From IMG/VR virus record IMGVR_UViG_3300031963_000841, positions 1-25,766 of that record: a stretch of 25,766 nucleotides of DNA, one strand, 5' to 3'. Positions 8,424 through 17,311 of the stretch are shown piece after piece. The notes under the pieces are model-generated. The model worked only from the letters and a program-made list of their open reading frames with translations. It did not search any database and was not told where the DNA came from. Origin of the DNA: a virus (lineage: Duplodnaviria; Caudoviricetes). The translations under genes were made by a program, and so were the position numbers. How positions within the stretch are numbered: position 1 is the first letter of the stretch; every line of letters starts with the position of its first letter.

Positions 8424-11015
8424 ATGGCTACTAATCCTACCGTCGTAAATCCTCGCGCTGGCATCTCAATGTCACCACAGCAGCACGTTGAGTATTTATT
8501 CCTGCGCGATCTCAACAGAAAAGCTGATGAGGCTGGCAAGCAGTTTTGGACAGAAAGGGCTATGCAGGTTCCTCCTGCTCAACTTAATGCAGAATTTCGC
8601 GCCGCCGCAAAAACAGAAAATCCCAAAGCGGGAAGTCTTCCAACAAGAGCATCAGGAATAACGCTGCCTGGCGATCCTGGCTACCAAGAATACAGAAATA
8701 AAAGTTTCTTTGAAATGGTAGCGCCGTTTGTTATTCCCGTTGTTGCGGTTGTTGCGCCTCAGTTTTTGCCTGCTATTGGTAAGGCTCTAGGCGCTACAGG
8801 TGCTGCGGCAACGGCTGTTGGCGCTGGTGTTGTTAATGCTGGAATTACTGCTGGATTAGGCGGTTCTCCAGAAGATATCGTCAAAGCAGGTCTTGCTGCT
8901 GGAGGCGGTATGTATGCCGGTTCAGTAGTTGGTGAAGCTGTTAAGGGCGCTCAACAAGCTGGAACTCTTAGCGGAACTTTAGGTGGTAATGCTGCATTAC
9001 CTGCGGTTGCTGGAAGTGCTGTTGGCGCTGGTACTGGCACGCTGATTCAAACGGGCGATCCTGGAAAAGCAGGATTGGCTGCATTAGGTGCTGGCGCTGG
9101 TCAGGCCATTGGTGGAGCAGCGCTTGATGTGCTGCCAGATGATGCCAATCTTACGCTTAAATCAGGTTTAGCTTCAGCGGCTGGTGGCGCTACCGAGGCC
9201 GCTGTCACAGGCCAAGATGTTGGGGCAAGCGCACTCGTTAGCGGTTTGGCTGGCGCTGGTCAGGATTACATCACCGAACAAAAGTTAAAAGCGGAACAGG
9301 CAAAACAACAAATTTCTGGTGACATTCTCAAAGCATTTACCAATCCAGCAAATAAAGTTGATGTTGCTTTTGCAGGGCCAATAACGGCTGACGAAATCAA
9401 TCAGTTAGCCCGTAACGCTTCCAGAGAATTGATTGATACCTGGAGGGCTAGAGCAGCAGCCGATCCAACTTTTGCAAAAGAATTAGCCAAACCAGAAAAT
9501 CTTAATGCAATTAGAAATGCTGGCTTAGTAGAACTTGCAACTGCGGTGACTTCTTTGACCTCTGTTGCCGCTGGTGGTGCTGGAGCAACCGCCTTGGCTA
9601 CTGGTTTGTTGGCTGTGCCTGCCGCTGAAGCAGTAAGACGCGCAACGCAAGAAAACTCTATGCTTGGCGCTATGTCGGGCGATACATCATTTGCAAGCGC
9701 TCTAATTGATCAGGCATTAAGCACCCCAAATAATACTTTAACCACTACAGACACAACGCCTACATTGCCAGAAGTCGTTGTAGAAGCGCCTCGACTTTCA
9801 GACACTCCCCAAACTGCCGATATTTTGCGAGTGTCAAAAATTTTGCAAATATCGCCGGAAGAAGCGGCAATATTAAGTGAGAGAAATTCAACTCTATTTA
9901 ATTATTTTACTGGAAAAGAAGGCGCTCCCACGCCCCCAGAGATAGACACATTACCATTACGCGAACGCGCAGCTATTGAAAGTGCTAATCGATCAGGTCA
10001 GCCCATAAGTTCTTTGCAGGATTTTAATGTGGTTATTACTGGTCAAACGCCACCGACAACTCCTGGCGTACAGACAGCAATACCGACAAATGAACAACAG
10101 ATATTGGAATTGACTGGGATTGTTCCAAAAATTCGCACAAATTTATCCAACGCTCCCTCAGGTCAACAAGACCAAATTCAGGCGCTTTACGACCAATTCT
10201 TAAATCGTGAAGCGGATCAAGCCGGAAGACAGTTTTGGGAGCAACGCGCAACCCAAGTTAGCGCTGATCAATTACAAAGAGAGTTTCAAGAGGCCGCAAG
10301 ACAAGAACAAGCCTCCGCCCAGACACAAGCCGATACAAAGACCCAAACAGATACAAGAACGCAAACTGGAAACCAGACCGACCCACAAACGCAGGGAGAT
10401 ACAAAAACACAAACGGATGCGGGTACGCAGTCGGACACAAAAACGCAAACAGACGCAAGTACGCAGTCAGATACAAAAACGCAAACCGGTACGAGTACAC
10501 AAACTGGTACGAGTACACAATCCGGCACAAATACACAAACAAATACGCCGACAACATCTGGCAGCACAACCGGAGAAAGCACCGGCGGCCCCACGACAGG
10601 TGGCGTTACTCCGACCATTACTGATACAGATAGAGAAATTATTAACTTGACAGGTATTGACGGTGGAGGCACAACGGTAACTGGCCCAACTGAGCCTACT
10701 AAAATCGATGATACTAAAATTGATGATACTAAAATCGATGATACTGAAATTACGTCAACTGAAACACCAATAATTAAGAAAAAGAAAAAGAAAAAGGTTA
10801 TACGCAGACCAGCAGTTGAAACTAAAACAGTTCCACTACAAACATTATTGGGAGCGCCGCTTATGATGCCTGGTTCAAGCGCATTAGCCCAAGCGCTGAG
10901 TGTAGGTGACGCTGGCGGTTCTTATTTGGATAAGAAAGGTCAAAGACGCCAACCCGTTTGGAACGTCGAATCGTTGAAACTAACAGATGAATTAGGGGGC
11001 AGTGGCTATGACTAA
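8424..11015 (+). CDS. Large putative internal virion / DNA-ejection protein with two DUF4214-like repeats
   Basis: AAGGA RBS; 863 aa; long Gly/Ala-rich hydrophobic region, duplicated L-N-R-x-A-D-x-A-G-x-Q-F-W module, Thr/Gln repeats; podovirus ejection-gene position. Confidence 0.6.
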   Translation: MATNPTVVNPRAGISMSPQQHVEYLFLRDLNRKADEAGKQFWTERAMQVPPAQLNAEFRAAAKTENPKAGSLPTRASGITLPGDPGYQEYRNKSFFEMVAPFVIPVVAVVAPQFLPAIGKALGATGAAATAVGAGVVNAGITAGLGGSPEDIVKAGLAAGGGMYAGSVVGEAVKGAQQAGTLSGTLGGNAALPAVAGSAVGAGTGTLIQTGDPGKAGLAALGAGAGQAIGGAALDVLPDDANLTLKSGLASAAGGATEAAVTGQDVGASALVSGLAGAGQDYITEQKLKAEQAKQQISGDILKAFTNPANKVDVAFAGPITADEINQLARNASRELIDTWRARAAADPTFAKELAKPENLNAIRNAGLVELATAVTSLTSVAAGGAGATALATGLLAVPAAEAVRRATQENSMLGAMSGDTSFASALIDQALSTPNNTLTTTDTTPTLPEVVVEAPRLSDTPQTADILRVSKILQISPEEAAILSERNSTLFNYFTGKEGAPTPPEIDTLPLRERAAIESANRSGQPISSLQDFNVVITGQTPPTTPGVQTAIPTNEQQILELTGIVPKIRTNLSNAPSGQQDQIQALYDQFLNREADQAGRQFWEQRATQVSADQLQREFQEAARQEQASAQTQADTKTQTDTRTQTGNQTDPQTQGDTKTQTDAGTQSDTKTQTDASTQSDTKTQTGTSTQTGTSTQSGTNTQTNTPTTSGSTTGESTGGPTTGGVTPTITDTDREIINLTGIDGGGTTVTGPTEPTKIDDTKIDDTKIDDTEITSTETPIIKKKKKKKVIRRPAVETKTVPLQTLLGAPLMMPGSSALAQALSVGDAGGSYLDKKGQRRQPVWNVESLKLTDELGGSGYD
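10323..10550 (+). repeat. Degenerate 18-bp coding tandem repeat (TQ[TSAG][DGN]xx hexapeptide, about 12 units)
   Basis: TQADTK TQTDTR TQTGNQ...TQSDTK TQTGTS TQTGTS TQSGTN TQTNTP read directly from the translation. Confidence 0.9.
10698..10750 (+). repeat. 15-bp coding tandem repeat ACTAAAAT(C/T)GATGAT x3.5 (TKIDD)
   Basis: Units start at 10698, 10713 and 10728, with a partial unit at 10743. Confidence 0.95.
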
Positions 11016-12117
11016 ACAAATTGCAAAACTACTGAAGGCTACTTTTCAAGAGAGTAGCGACCTCAAGCAAATCGCTAAAGAACTTGCCGGAAAAGGCAGG
11101 GGTGGTGACAGTATGCTTGTGCATATCACGCCCAAAGAAGCGTATATGCTCAAAAATGCTGGTGGCGCTGGCACAATCAACCCTGATACTGGGTTGCTAG
11201 AGTTTTACGAGATGGATGCGGACACATATTACTCTCCTAGCAGAACGGCTAATGTAAACACCAATGCTGATACCTATTATTCGCAAGCGCCTTTTTCAAC
11301 TTCTTCTGTTCCAACACCTGATTTTGAACCGGTTTCTCCTTATAGTTTCTCACCTAACACACCGCAAATAGATTTAACACGACCAGATACAGCGCAATAT
11401 TACAGTTCAGACGTTCCACAGCAGACGTTGTATCCAACGGTTAATTTTACGCCCCGTCCTCCTACGCCAATAAATATTCCTGACGTAAGTACAGACACTG
11501 GTTTTATGCCTTCCACTCGAACGCTAGATGTTCAGAATCCTTACGGCCCTGGCAGTCCTACAGAATATGGTTTCGAACCCATGTCTCTGTCAGAGAGAGT
11601 TAAGTCCACACTGACTAGCCCAAGAGTTCTTGAAAACATAACTATGGGTGGATTGGCTGCGTTGCCTGGAATTATTGCTTCTCGCAATGCAGCTAAACAA
11701 GGTCAGCGTGCTAGAGAAGATATGGAGAAGATGGCTGCGCCGTACCGTCAGCGAGGACAAGAACTTCTTGCTCAAGCGCAGTCTGGTGAACTAAATGTTG
11801 GCGAACAGCAACAACTGCAAGCTATGCGAGCTAGATTAGCACAGGGCGCTGCTAGTCGTGGTGGAGTAGGCGCAGAACAAGCACAAGTTCAGCTAGAGAA
11901 TTTCCGTCAGCAAATATTGCAAAACAAATATGACTTAGGTCTGAAAGTTTCTGGAATTGCTGATCAGATTGCAACTGGCGCTATTAAGGCAGGATTGCAG
12001 GCAGACCAGTATGTTAGCGAATTGACAGGTAACTATTTTGCTAATGCTATGCAAATGGCAATGCAGGGCATGACTGGTAATCAGCCAAGCATAATTAGAA
12101 GACAGCAAGGAGCGTAA
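11008..12117 (+). CDS. Putative internal virion / ejection protein
   Basis: N-terminal GRGGDSMLVHITPKEA...GGAGTINPDTGLLEF motif, Pro/Thr-rich linker, Gln/Ala-rich helical C-terminus; ATG 11008 after GGGGG RBS. Confidence 0.55.
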   Translation: MTKQIAKLLKATFQESSDLKQIAKELAGKGRGGDSMLVHITPKEAYMLKNAGGAGTINPDTGLLEFYEMDADTYYSPSRTANVNTNADTYYSQAPFSTSSVPTPDFEPVSPYSFSPNTPQIDLTRPDTAQYYSSDVPQQTLYPTVNFTPRPPTPINIPDVSTDTGFMPSTRTLDVQNPYGPGSPTEYGFEPMSLSERVKSTLTSPRVLENITMGGLAALPGIIASRNAAKQGQRAREDMEKMAAPYRQRGQELLAQAQSGELNVGEQQQLQAMRARLAQGAASRGGVGAEQAQVQLENFRQQILQNKYDLGLKVSGIADQIATGAIKAGLQADQYVSELTGNYFANAMQMAMQGMTGNQPSIIRRQQGA

Positions 12118-12119
12118 AC

Positions 12120-13589
12120 ATGGCGGCAATGTTTCCAACTGAAAGATCAGGTGTGCCGATGTTTGGCATGGACACGGCTGTGGATAAGGCTGCTGCGCGT
12201 CGGCAACCGGCTGGTACGGATTCTGAAGACGCGGCTGCGGCAGTCTTGTCTGACCCCGTATACCAGCAGTTCGTGGGTGGGCCTAGAACCAAGTTGGAAA
12301 AAGCACAGCGAGAGTATGGTTCGTTTGAAGGCGAGTTGGCAGCTAATAAAGCGGAACGAGAATCTACGCAACTAGGTCGTAGACAAGAAGCTTTTGATAC
12401 TTACGCAGAATCAGTTAAAGCGCCTGAATTACGCGCTGAACGCACTCGGTTAGAAGAACAGGCTGGCGAGGCGTTTGTACCAACCCAAGAAAACGTCAGA
12501 GATATGGCAACCATCTTTAGTTTGGTTGGCGTACTTGGGTTTGCTATTGGCGCTGGCGGTAAGAGTAATGCTATTGGCGCAATGAATGCCATGAACGGCA
12601 TGATGGAAGGTTACAAACAAGGCAGGCAAGATCGTTACCTACGCGAAAAGGACTTGTTTGAAGCCAACACGAAAGCATTAAAAACAAAGATTGATGCGCT
12701 GAATAACCGCATGGTAGACATTGCCAAACTTGCTGCGGTGGACATGGAAAAGGCAAACATGGAAGCAGATATGCTGTTTGCCCAAGAAGGTGCTGATTTC
12801 CTAAAGCAGTACAAAGACAAGGTTGGTTTGGTCAACACCATCAAGATGCTGCAAGAGCAAGTTAAAGGCGGTCAGGAACTATTTAAGTTTATTCAAACAG
12901 AAAAACTACGCGCTGCTGATAAACAAGCGCAGCGTCAGTTCATGGAAAGAATGCAAGAAGACCGTCAGCAAGCTGCGCGTGATTTGAAATATCTTGCTTT
13001 CAGCTTAAAAGATGGTGGTGGTGCAGGCAAACCAATGAAAGAGAAAGACACCGTTCAACTAGAGGGCTTGTATTCTCTGGCTGATCAATTACGTCAACTT
13101 GAAAAAGAATTCAAAGATGAATACGCAAGCTTGGGCGTTCTTGGCGTTGGTGCAGATTTGTCCTTAGAGGCAAAAAGAAGATTTGGTGACAAAGAAGGCG
13201 AAAAGGCTGCACAGTGGTGGTCTAAGTATCAAAGACTGCAAGCGCCAAATCGTCACGCATTGTTTGGAGCAACTTTAACAGGTAACGAATTAAAGAATTA
13301 TCAATCGTTTACTGCAAAAACAAGTGACGCTCCTTCATTCGTTCGAACAATGCTTCAAGATCAGGCAGATTATTCTGAAGGAACGGCACAAAGTAGGGTT
13401 AGGGCTTTTGAACAAACAGGATATAAAGTTCCAGAATTAGGAAAACCCCGTAATTTCTTAGGAACTTATGGTAGTGGTGGCGGCGGCGGCGGTGAAACAG
13501 TAACGGTTGGTGGACAGACATATTCCCGTCCTTCCAGCTTTACAGACCAACAGTGGGCTGATTACAAGAGATCAGTGGGGGCGCAATGA
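12120..13589 (+). CDS. Putative internal virion / ejection protein
   Basis: AAGGAG RBS; coiled-coil-rich, with one hydrophobic segment (IFSLVGVLGFAIGAGG). Confidence 0.55.
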   Translation: MAAMFPTERSGVPMFGMDTAVDKAAARRQPAGTDSEDAAAAVLSDPVYQQFVGGPRTKLEKAQREYGSFEGELAANKAERESTQLGRRQEAFDTYAESVKAPELRAERTRLEEQAGEAFVPTQENVRDMATIFSLVGVLGFAIGAGGKSNAIGAMNAMNGMMEGYKQGRQDRYLREKDLFEANTKALKTKIDALNNRMVDIAKLAAVDMEKANMEADMLFAQEGADFLKQYKDKVGLVNTIKMLQEQVKGGQELFKFIQTEKLRAADKQAQRQFMERMQEDRQQAARDLKYLAFSLKDGGGAGKPMKEKDTVQLEGLYSLADQLRQLEKEFKDEYASLGVLGVGADLSLEAKRRFGDKEGEKAAQWWSKYQRLQAPNRHALFGATLTGNELKNYQSFTAKTSDAPSFVRTMLQDQADYSEGTAQSRVRAFEQTGYKVPELGKPRNFLGTYGSGGGGGGETVTVGGQTYSRPSSFTDQQWADYKRSVGAQ

Positions 13590-15628
13590 GTCCTGAAGAT
13601 TGGGCAGCATCTCAACCAAAAACTAGCGAATCAAAACGTGCTGTTAGTCCAGAGGAATGGGCTTCCAAACAAGAACCTAGTTTTGGTGAAAAGTATATCC
13701 AACCAGTCACCGACGTTGTAAATCGTTCGTTGGTTGCTGGAACACTTGGCGCTCCTGCTGACATAGGTGCGCTTGCCCTACGTCCTTTTGGTTATACCCA
13801 AGAGCCAACTTTCGGTTCTGAATACATTGGCAAGCAAATGGAAAAGGCTGGAATGGTCAGCCCAAAGCGACGCCCTGTGGCTGAGTTGCTAACAGGGTTT
13901 GCTCCACTTGCATTGACTGGTGGCGTTTCTGCGGTACGCTCTGGCGCTGGAATGGTAGGTCGCGCTTTAGGAAAAGATGTCACTAAAGAAGCTGAAGCTT
14001 TGAAAAAGGCTACTGCTGCTAAATACCAAGCGCCAATATCCCAAGCTGAAAAAGAGGGTGAACGCGCTAGTAGAGCAATTCAGCAAATTGAACGACAGCC
14101 AAGTGTTGCCGCCCAACGCGCCGCTACCGCACCTCTAACAAGAGAACAGCAGATTGCTCAACTGCAAGCGCAAGTAAGACAGCCGGTTCGGGAACAAATG
14201 GGTGCGCGTCGCGTAACCGCTGAAGAACGCGCTGGCAAGGCCGCTGTTATAGAACAAGAGGCGTCTGAGCGCACTGCTGCTGCACAACAGGCAGTTGACG
14301 TTCTTGAGCAGAAACTGTTGGCAAGACCAACCATTACGCCAGAGCAATTTGGTGCAGAGTTGCGGCAGGCTACTAAAGATTTGCAAAAGCGGTTAGTAGA
14401 CGCAAGAACTGAAGGTTCTAAACTTGGTCAGGTTATTCGCTCTGCTGGAACTCAGCCAACAATTAACACTTCTGGTTTAGTTAATAGAGCAGAGGGGATT
14501 GCTCTGCGAACCAGAAATCCACAAGTTTTGGGAATGTTGGAGGAAGTTAAGTCGCTTGCGAAGTTCGACGGCGATGAGATGCTGACGCTAGAGCAGGCAG
14601 ATTCTTTGCGTAAATATCTTAGCAAAGACATCATCAATAAGTTCTTTCCTACCACTGGTGCAGACAAAGAAGTTCTACGCGCATTACGGGGTTTGCGTGT
14701 TTCGCTTATTGAAGCTACGCCACAAGCTTATAGAAAAGCATTAGGTGAGTTCAGCACTTTGTCTAGGCCGCTAGATATTGTTGAGCGTCAAGGTGCTTTG
14801 AAGCGAGTTGTAGACATTGATCCAATCAGCACTGCTGAAAAACTGACAGAGGCGCAGGTTGTTGGAGAAGTTATCAACAAGGCTAGGGCTGGCAATCCAG
14901 TGTTTACCCGTCTATTAGAGGGGAGTCCACAGCTAAAAGATTCAGCGCGTCTGTACTTTACGCAAGATTTGTTTTCTAAAGGCGTGGTTCCAACAGAAGC
15001 CTCTGTCCGAACTTGGCTTAAAAGTAACGAAAGAGTATTGCGTCAAGTTGGTTTGTACGACGAATTTAAAGACATTCGTACCGCGAAAGAAACAGCACAA
15101 CGTGCCGTAGACGAAGCAAAGCTAACAGAAAAAGCTGCAAGAGAAGTTGCTGGAGCAACATCAACAGAAGCAAGCCGTGCTGCTAAATTAAGCAAAGAAA
15201 GCGAATCAAGGCTGCAAGAAGCATTAAAAACCACTGCGTCACCAACTCAACGCCCTGGCGAAAGTTTGGCTGAAGCATTGCGTCGCACTAGGACTGGAGC
15301 GAAACCAGCGCCTATTCAGACGTTTGTTCAGACTAGAGAAAAGCAGGCGCAAGCAGTTCAGTCATTGACGAAGATGCAATCAGATGTTGTTGCGGCAAAG
15401 ACGCCTCAAGAGGTTCAGTCTGCGGTTAGTAGCGCAGCCAATGATCTGTTAAAGCGCGGCATTATTGATGACGCTGGATACAGAACGATGATCAGAGATG
15501 TATCAAAATTGCAAGACATGACTGACGCTAGAAACCAAGCAAGAAAGATTTTGGCGTATTTTGGTGGCTTGGCAGGCGTTGGCTTTTTAGGCAGGGGTGC
15601 AATTCAATCTGTTGTGGAAGGGAAATAA
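13586..15628 (+). CDS. Putative internal virion / ejection protein
   Basis: ATGA overlap; 680 aa, helical Ala/Gln/Arg-rich, hydrophobic C-terminus (LAYFGGLAGVGFLG). Confidence 0.55.
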   Translation: MSPEDWAASQPKTSESKRAVSPEEWASKQEPSFGEKYIQPVTDVVNRSLVAGTLGAPADIGALALRPFGYTQEPTFGSEYIGKQMEKAGMVSPKRRPVAELLTGFAPLALTGGVSAVRSGAGMVGRALGKDVTKEAEALKKATAAKYQAPISQAEKEGERASRAIQQIERQPSVAAQRAATAPLTREQQIAQLQAQVRQPVREQMGARRVTAEERAGKAAVIEQEASERTAAAQQAVDVLEQKLLARPTITPEQFGAELRQATKDLQKRLVDARTEGSKLGQVIRSAGTQPTINTSGLVNRAEGIALRTRNPQVLGMLEEVKSLAKFDGDEMLTLEQADSLRKYLSKDIINKFFPTTGADKEVLRALRGLRVSLIEATPQAYRKALGEFSTLSRPLDIVERQGALKRVVDIDPISTAEKLTEAQVVGEVINKARAGNPVFTRLLEGSPQLKDSARLYFTQDLFSKGVVPTEASVRTWLKSNERVLRQVGLYDEFKDIRTAKETAQRAVDEAKLTEKAAREVAGATSTEASRAAKLSKESESRLQEALKTTASPTQRPGESLAEALRRTRTGAKPAPIQTFVQTREKQAQAVQSLTKMQSDVVAAKTPQEVQSAVSSAANDLLKRGIIDDAGYRTMIRDVSKLQDMTDARNQARKILAYFGGLAGVGFLGRGAIQSVVEGK

Positions 15629-15630
15629 TC

Positions 15631-15768
15631 ATGCCGCTGACAAAAGGATTTAGTCAGAAGTCGATTAGTAACAATATTCGTCGTGAGATGAAGCGTGGGA
15701 GGCCACAGAAGCAAGCGGTGGCTATTGCTCTTAGTGTTGCTCGAAAAGCAAAGAAAGGAAGAAAATGA
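15631..15768 (+). CDS. Small basic protein, 45 aa (not in ORF track)
   Basis: Manual translation MPLTKGFSQKSISNNIRREMKRGRPQKQAVAIALSVARKAKKGRK; AAGGGA RBS; ATGA overlap with the next ORF. Confidence 0.8.
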   Translation: MPLTKGFSQKSISNNIRREMKRGRPQKQAVAIALSVARKAKKGRK

Positions 15769-15893
15769 TCCGCAATGACAGACCCCAAGAAGCCGGTGTT
15801 GGCGATGAAACCCCGCCACCAACCATGATTCAACCAACCCGCAAGATGAAGCGCCCAGAGCAGGCCGTGCAGAAGCGTAAAGCCAAGCGATGA
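15765..15893 (+). CDS. Small protein with basic C-terminus, 42 aa (not in ORF track)
   Basis: Manual translation MIRNDRPQEAGVGDETPPPTMIQPTRKMKRPEQAVQKRKAKR; ATGA overlaps at both ends; AAAGGA RBS. Confidence 0.7.
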   Translation: MIRNDRPQEAGVGDETPPPTMIQPTRKMKRPEQAVQKRKAKR

Positions 15894-16090
15894 GCAAGAA
15901 GACCAAGGGGATAAATCCAGAGTTGGAGAGGGCAATCGGTGATCTGCTAAAGGCCACCATGTCCGATCCAACCGCTAGTTTGACCGACAAGTCAAAAATC
16001 ATCGACAGAGCGTTAAAACTTGAACAACTAAAAGCCAGGATATCGGATGATGATTGGGGTTCAGGGTTTGCTGATGATGAGGATGAGTAG
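15890..16090 (+). CDS. Hypothetical protein with acidic tail
   Basis: 66 aa, ATGA-coupled, two-helix pattern ending DDDWGSGFADDEDE. Confidence 0.7.
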   Translation: MSKKTKGINPELERAIGDLLKATMSDPTASLTDKSKIIDRALKLEQLKARISDDDWGSGFADDEDE

Positions 16091-16096
16091 TAAGAT
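16068..16096 (+). promoter_or_regulatory. Possible sigma70-type promoter
   Basis: TTGCTG (16068-73), 17-bp spacer, TAAGAT (16091-96), ending in one of the few intergenic gaps of the + arm. Confidence 0.35.
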
Positions 16097-16127
16097 ATGA
16101 GTATCCATTTAGAAAGGGGATACAAGT

Positions 16128-16352
16128 ATGGATGCTATTTCACTGGTACGTTTGGCTTTGAGCGTCATCAGCGAGAGATTGCTTGTGATTCTGGCTTTGT
16201 GCCTGAATTTCGCGCTCGCTTGCTGGACAATGTGGGGATTGATGTGGGAGAGGCTGGTAGCGTTAGCCGTGTTTGCGTTATTCAGCTACCTTTTGATAAG
16301 AATGGAAAGGAATAAAGATGCGCGACAAGAAAGACCTAACGCTCAAGAGTAG
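16128..16352 (+). CDS. Small two-TM membrane protein
   Basis: AAAGGGA RBS; two hydrophobic stretches (LLVILALCLNFALACWTMW; LVALAVFALFSYLLI) and a charged tail. Confidence 0.7.
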   Translation: MDAISLVRLALSVISERLLVILALCLNFALACWTMWGLMWERLVALAVFALFSYLLIRMERNKDARQERPNAQE

Positions 16353-16557
16353 CGTACCTGGGGCTGAAGAACTCAACTACAGCCAGAAATACGCGAAAGC
16401 TATCCGTCCTCAGAAACCGTCTGATACGACAGAACGATATCAGACTTGGCAGCCAGGTCAAGTGCCTATGGGTGGGTTCCGTTCCACTTTTAACTTCGGT
16501 GGTGGCGACAACAGCAAGCAAAGCCCGACTTCAGGTGGCGGCAAGAAGGTGTACTAA
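16318..16557 (+). CDS. Hypothetical protein
   Basis: AAGGA RBS; TAATG overlap with the next gene. Confidence 0.65.
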   Translation: MRDKKDLTLKSSVPGAEELNYSQKYAKAIRPQKPSDTTERYQTWQPGQVPMGGFRSTFNFGGGDNSKQSPTSGGGKKVY

Positions 16558-16904
16558 TGGCTAACAATATTGCCTTTCAGCCGATGGGCAACTGCGTGGT
16601 GGCGGTTGCTGCGTCCGCGAACACTCAAGGGGCTGTGGTTTCTTTAACGGCTGTTAGTCCGGTGAATCAATACTTGGTGTTCAATACAAGTAAAGACTAT
16701 CCTGTGTTTGTTGCCTATGGACAAACAGCAAATATCACAGCAAGCATTCCCACTGCCAATGGCGCTCCGGTAGTTGCCATCCCACCATACAGTGAAAAGG
16801 TTTTTACAGGGCCGCAGGTTAGCGCAACCAAAACGGTCTATGTCCGCATCATTGCGCCTCATAACAATGCGGAACTGTACATCACGCCAGGCGAGGGTTT
16901 GTAA
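16557..16904 (+). CDS. Small beta-rich structural-like protein (paralog of 7168-7497)
   Basis: Shared motifs including the terminal YITPGEGL; TAATG overlaps at both ends. Confidence 0.65.
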   Translation: MANNIAFQPMGNCVVAVAASANTQGAVVSLTAVSPVNQYLVFNTSKDYPVFVAYGQTANITASIPTANGAPVVAIPPYSEKVFTGPQVSATKTVYVRIIAPHNNAELYITPGEGL

Positions 16905-17311
16905 TGTCGCTTGATCCGATCAGCGCCATACTGAACATTGGTAGCAAAGTCATAGACCGGCTTTGGCCTGATCCAACCCAGGCTGCTGCCGCAAAGCTAG
17001 AACTGTTTAAGTTGCAACAGTCTGGTGAGTTGCAGCAGATCATGGGGCAGTTAGAAATAAACAAAGTGGAAGCTGCGAATGCTTCCGTTTTTGTTTCTGG
17101 ATGGCGTCCTTTTATCGGCTGGATATGTGGCGCTGCTTGTGCCTGGAACTGGATCGGGATAAGCGTAGCCAAGACGATTGCAGCATTTGCTCACTATGAC
17201 ATCAACCTAAGTCCTGCTGACCTGTCTGAGATGCTTCCGGTATTGATGGGAATGCTTGGCTTGGGTGCGCTGCGTACTGTTGAGAAGATTCAAGGAGTGG
17301 CGGCAAAGTGA
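16904..17311 (+). CDS. Holin (3TM GTA-holin-like family)
   Basis: EINKVEA...FVSGWRPFIGW...LMGMLGLGALRTVEK signature; directly upstream of the endolysin. Confidence 0.85.
   Translation: MSLDPISAILNIGSKVIDRLWPDPTQAAAAKLELFKLQQSGELQQIMGQLEINKVEAANASVFVSGWRPFIGWICGAACAWNWIGISVAKTIAAFAHYDINLSPADLSEMLPVLMGMLGLGALRTVEKIQGVAAK

Noticed and set aside
10207-10672. Alternative-frame and antisense ORFs over the Thr/Gln repeat
   Set aside because: Low-complexity repeats keep other frames open; they lie wholly inside the 863-aa gene.
12179-12187. Isolated TGTGGATAA DnaA box
   Set aside because: Single copy inside a coding region (Val-Asp-Lys codons), with no AT-rich context.
15604-16125. 173-aa and 105-aa minus-strand ORFs
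   Set aside because: Antisense to three coupled + strand genes with RBSs and ATGA overlaps.
16097-16315. Alternative 72-aa + strand ORF
   Set aside because: The overlapping 16128 ORF has a better RBS and a coherent two-TM product.
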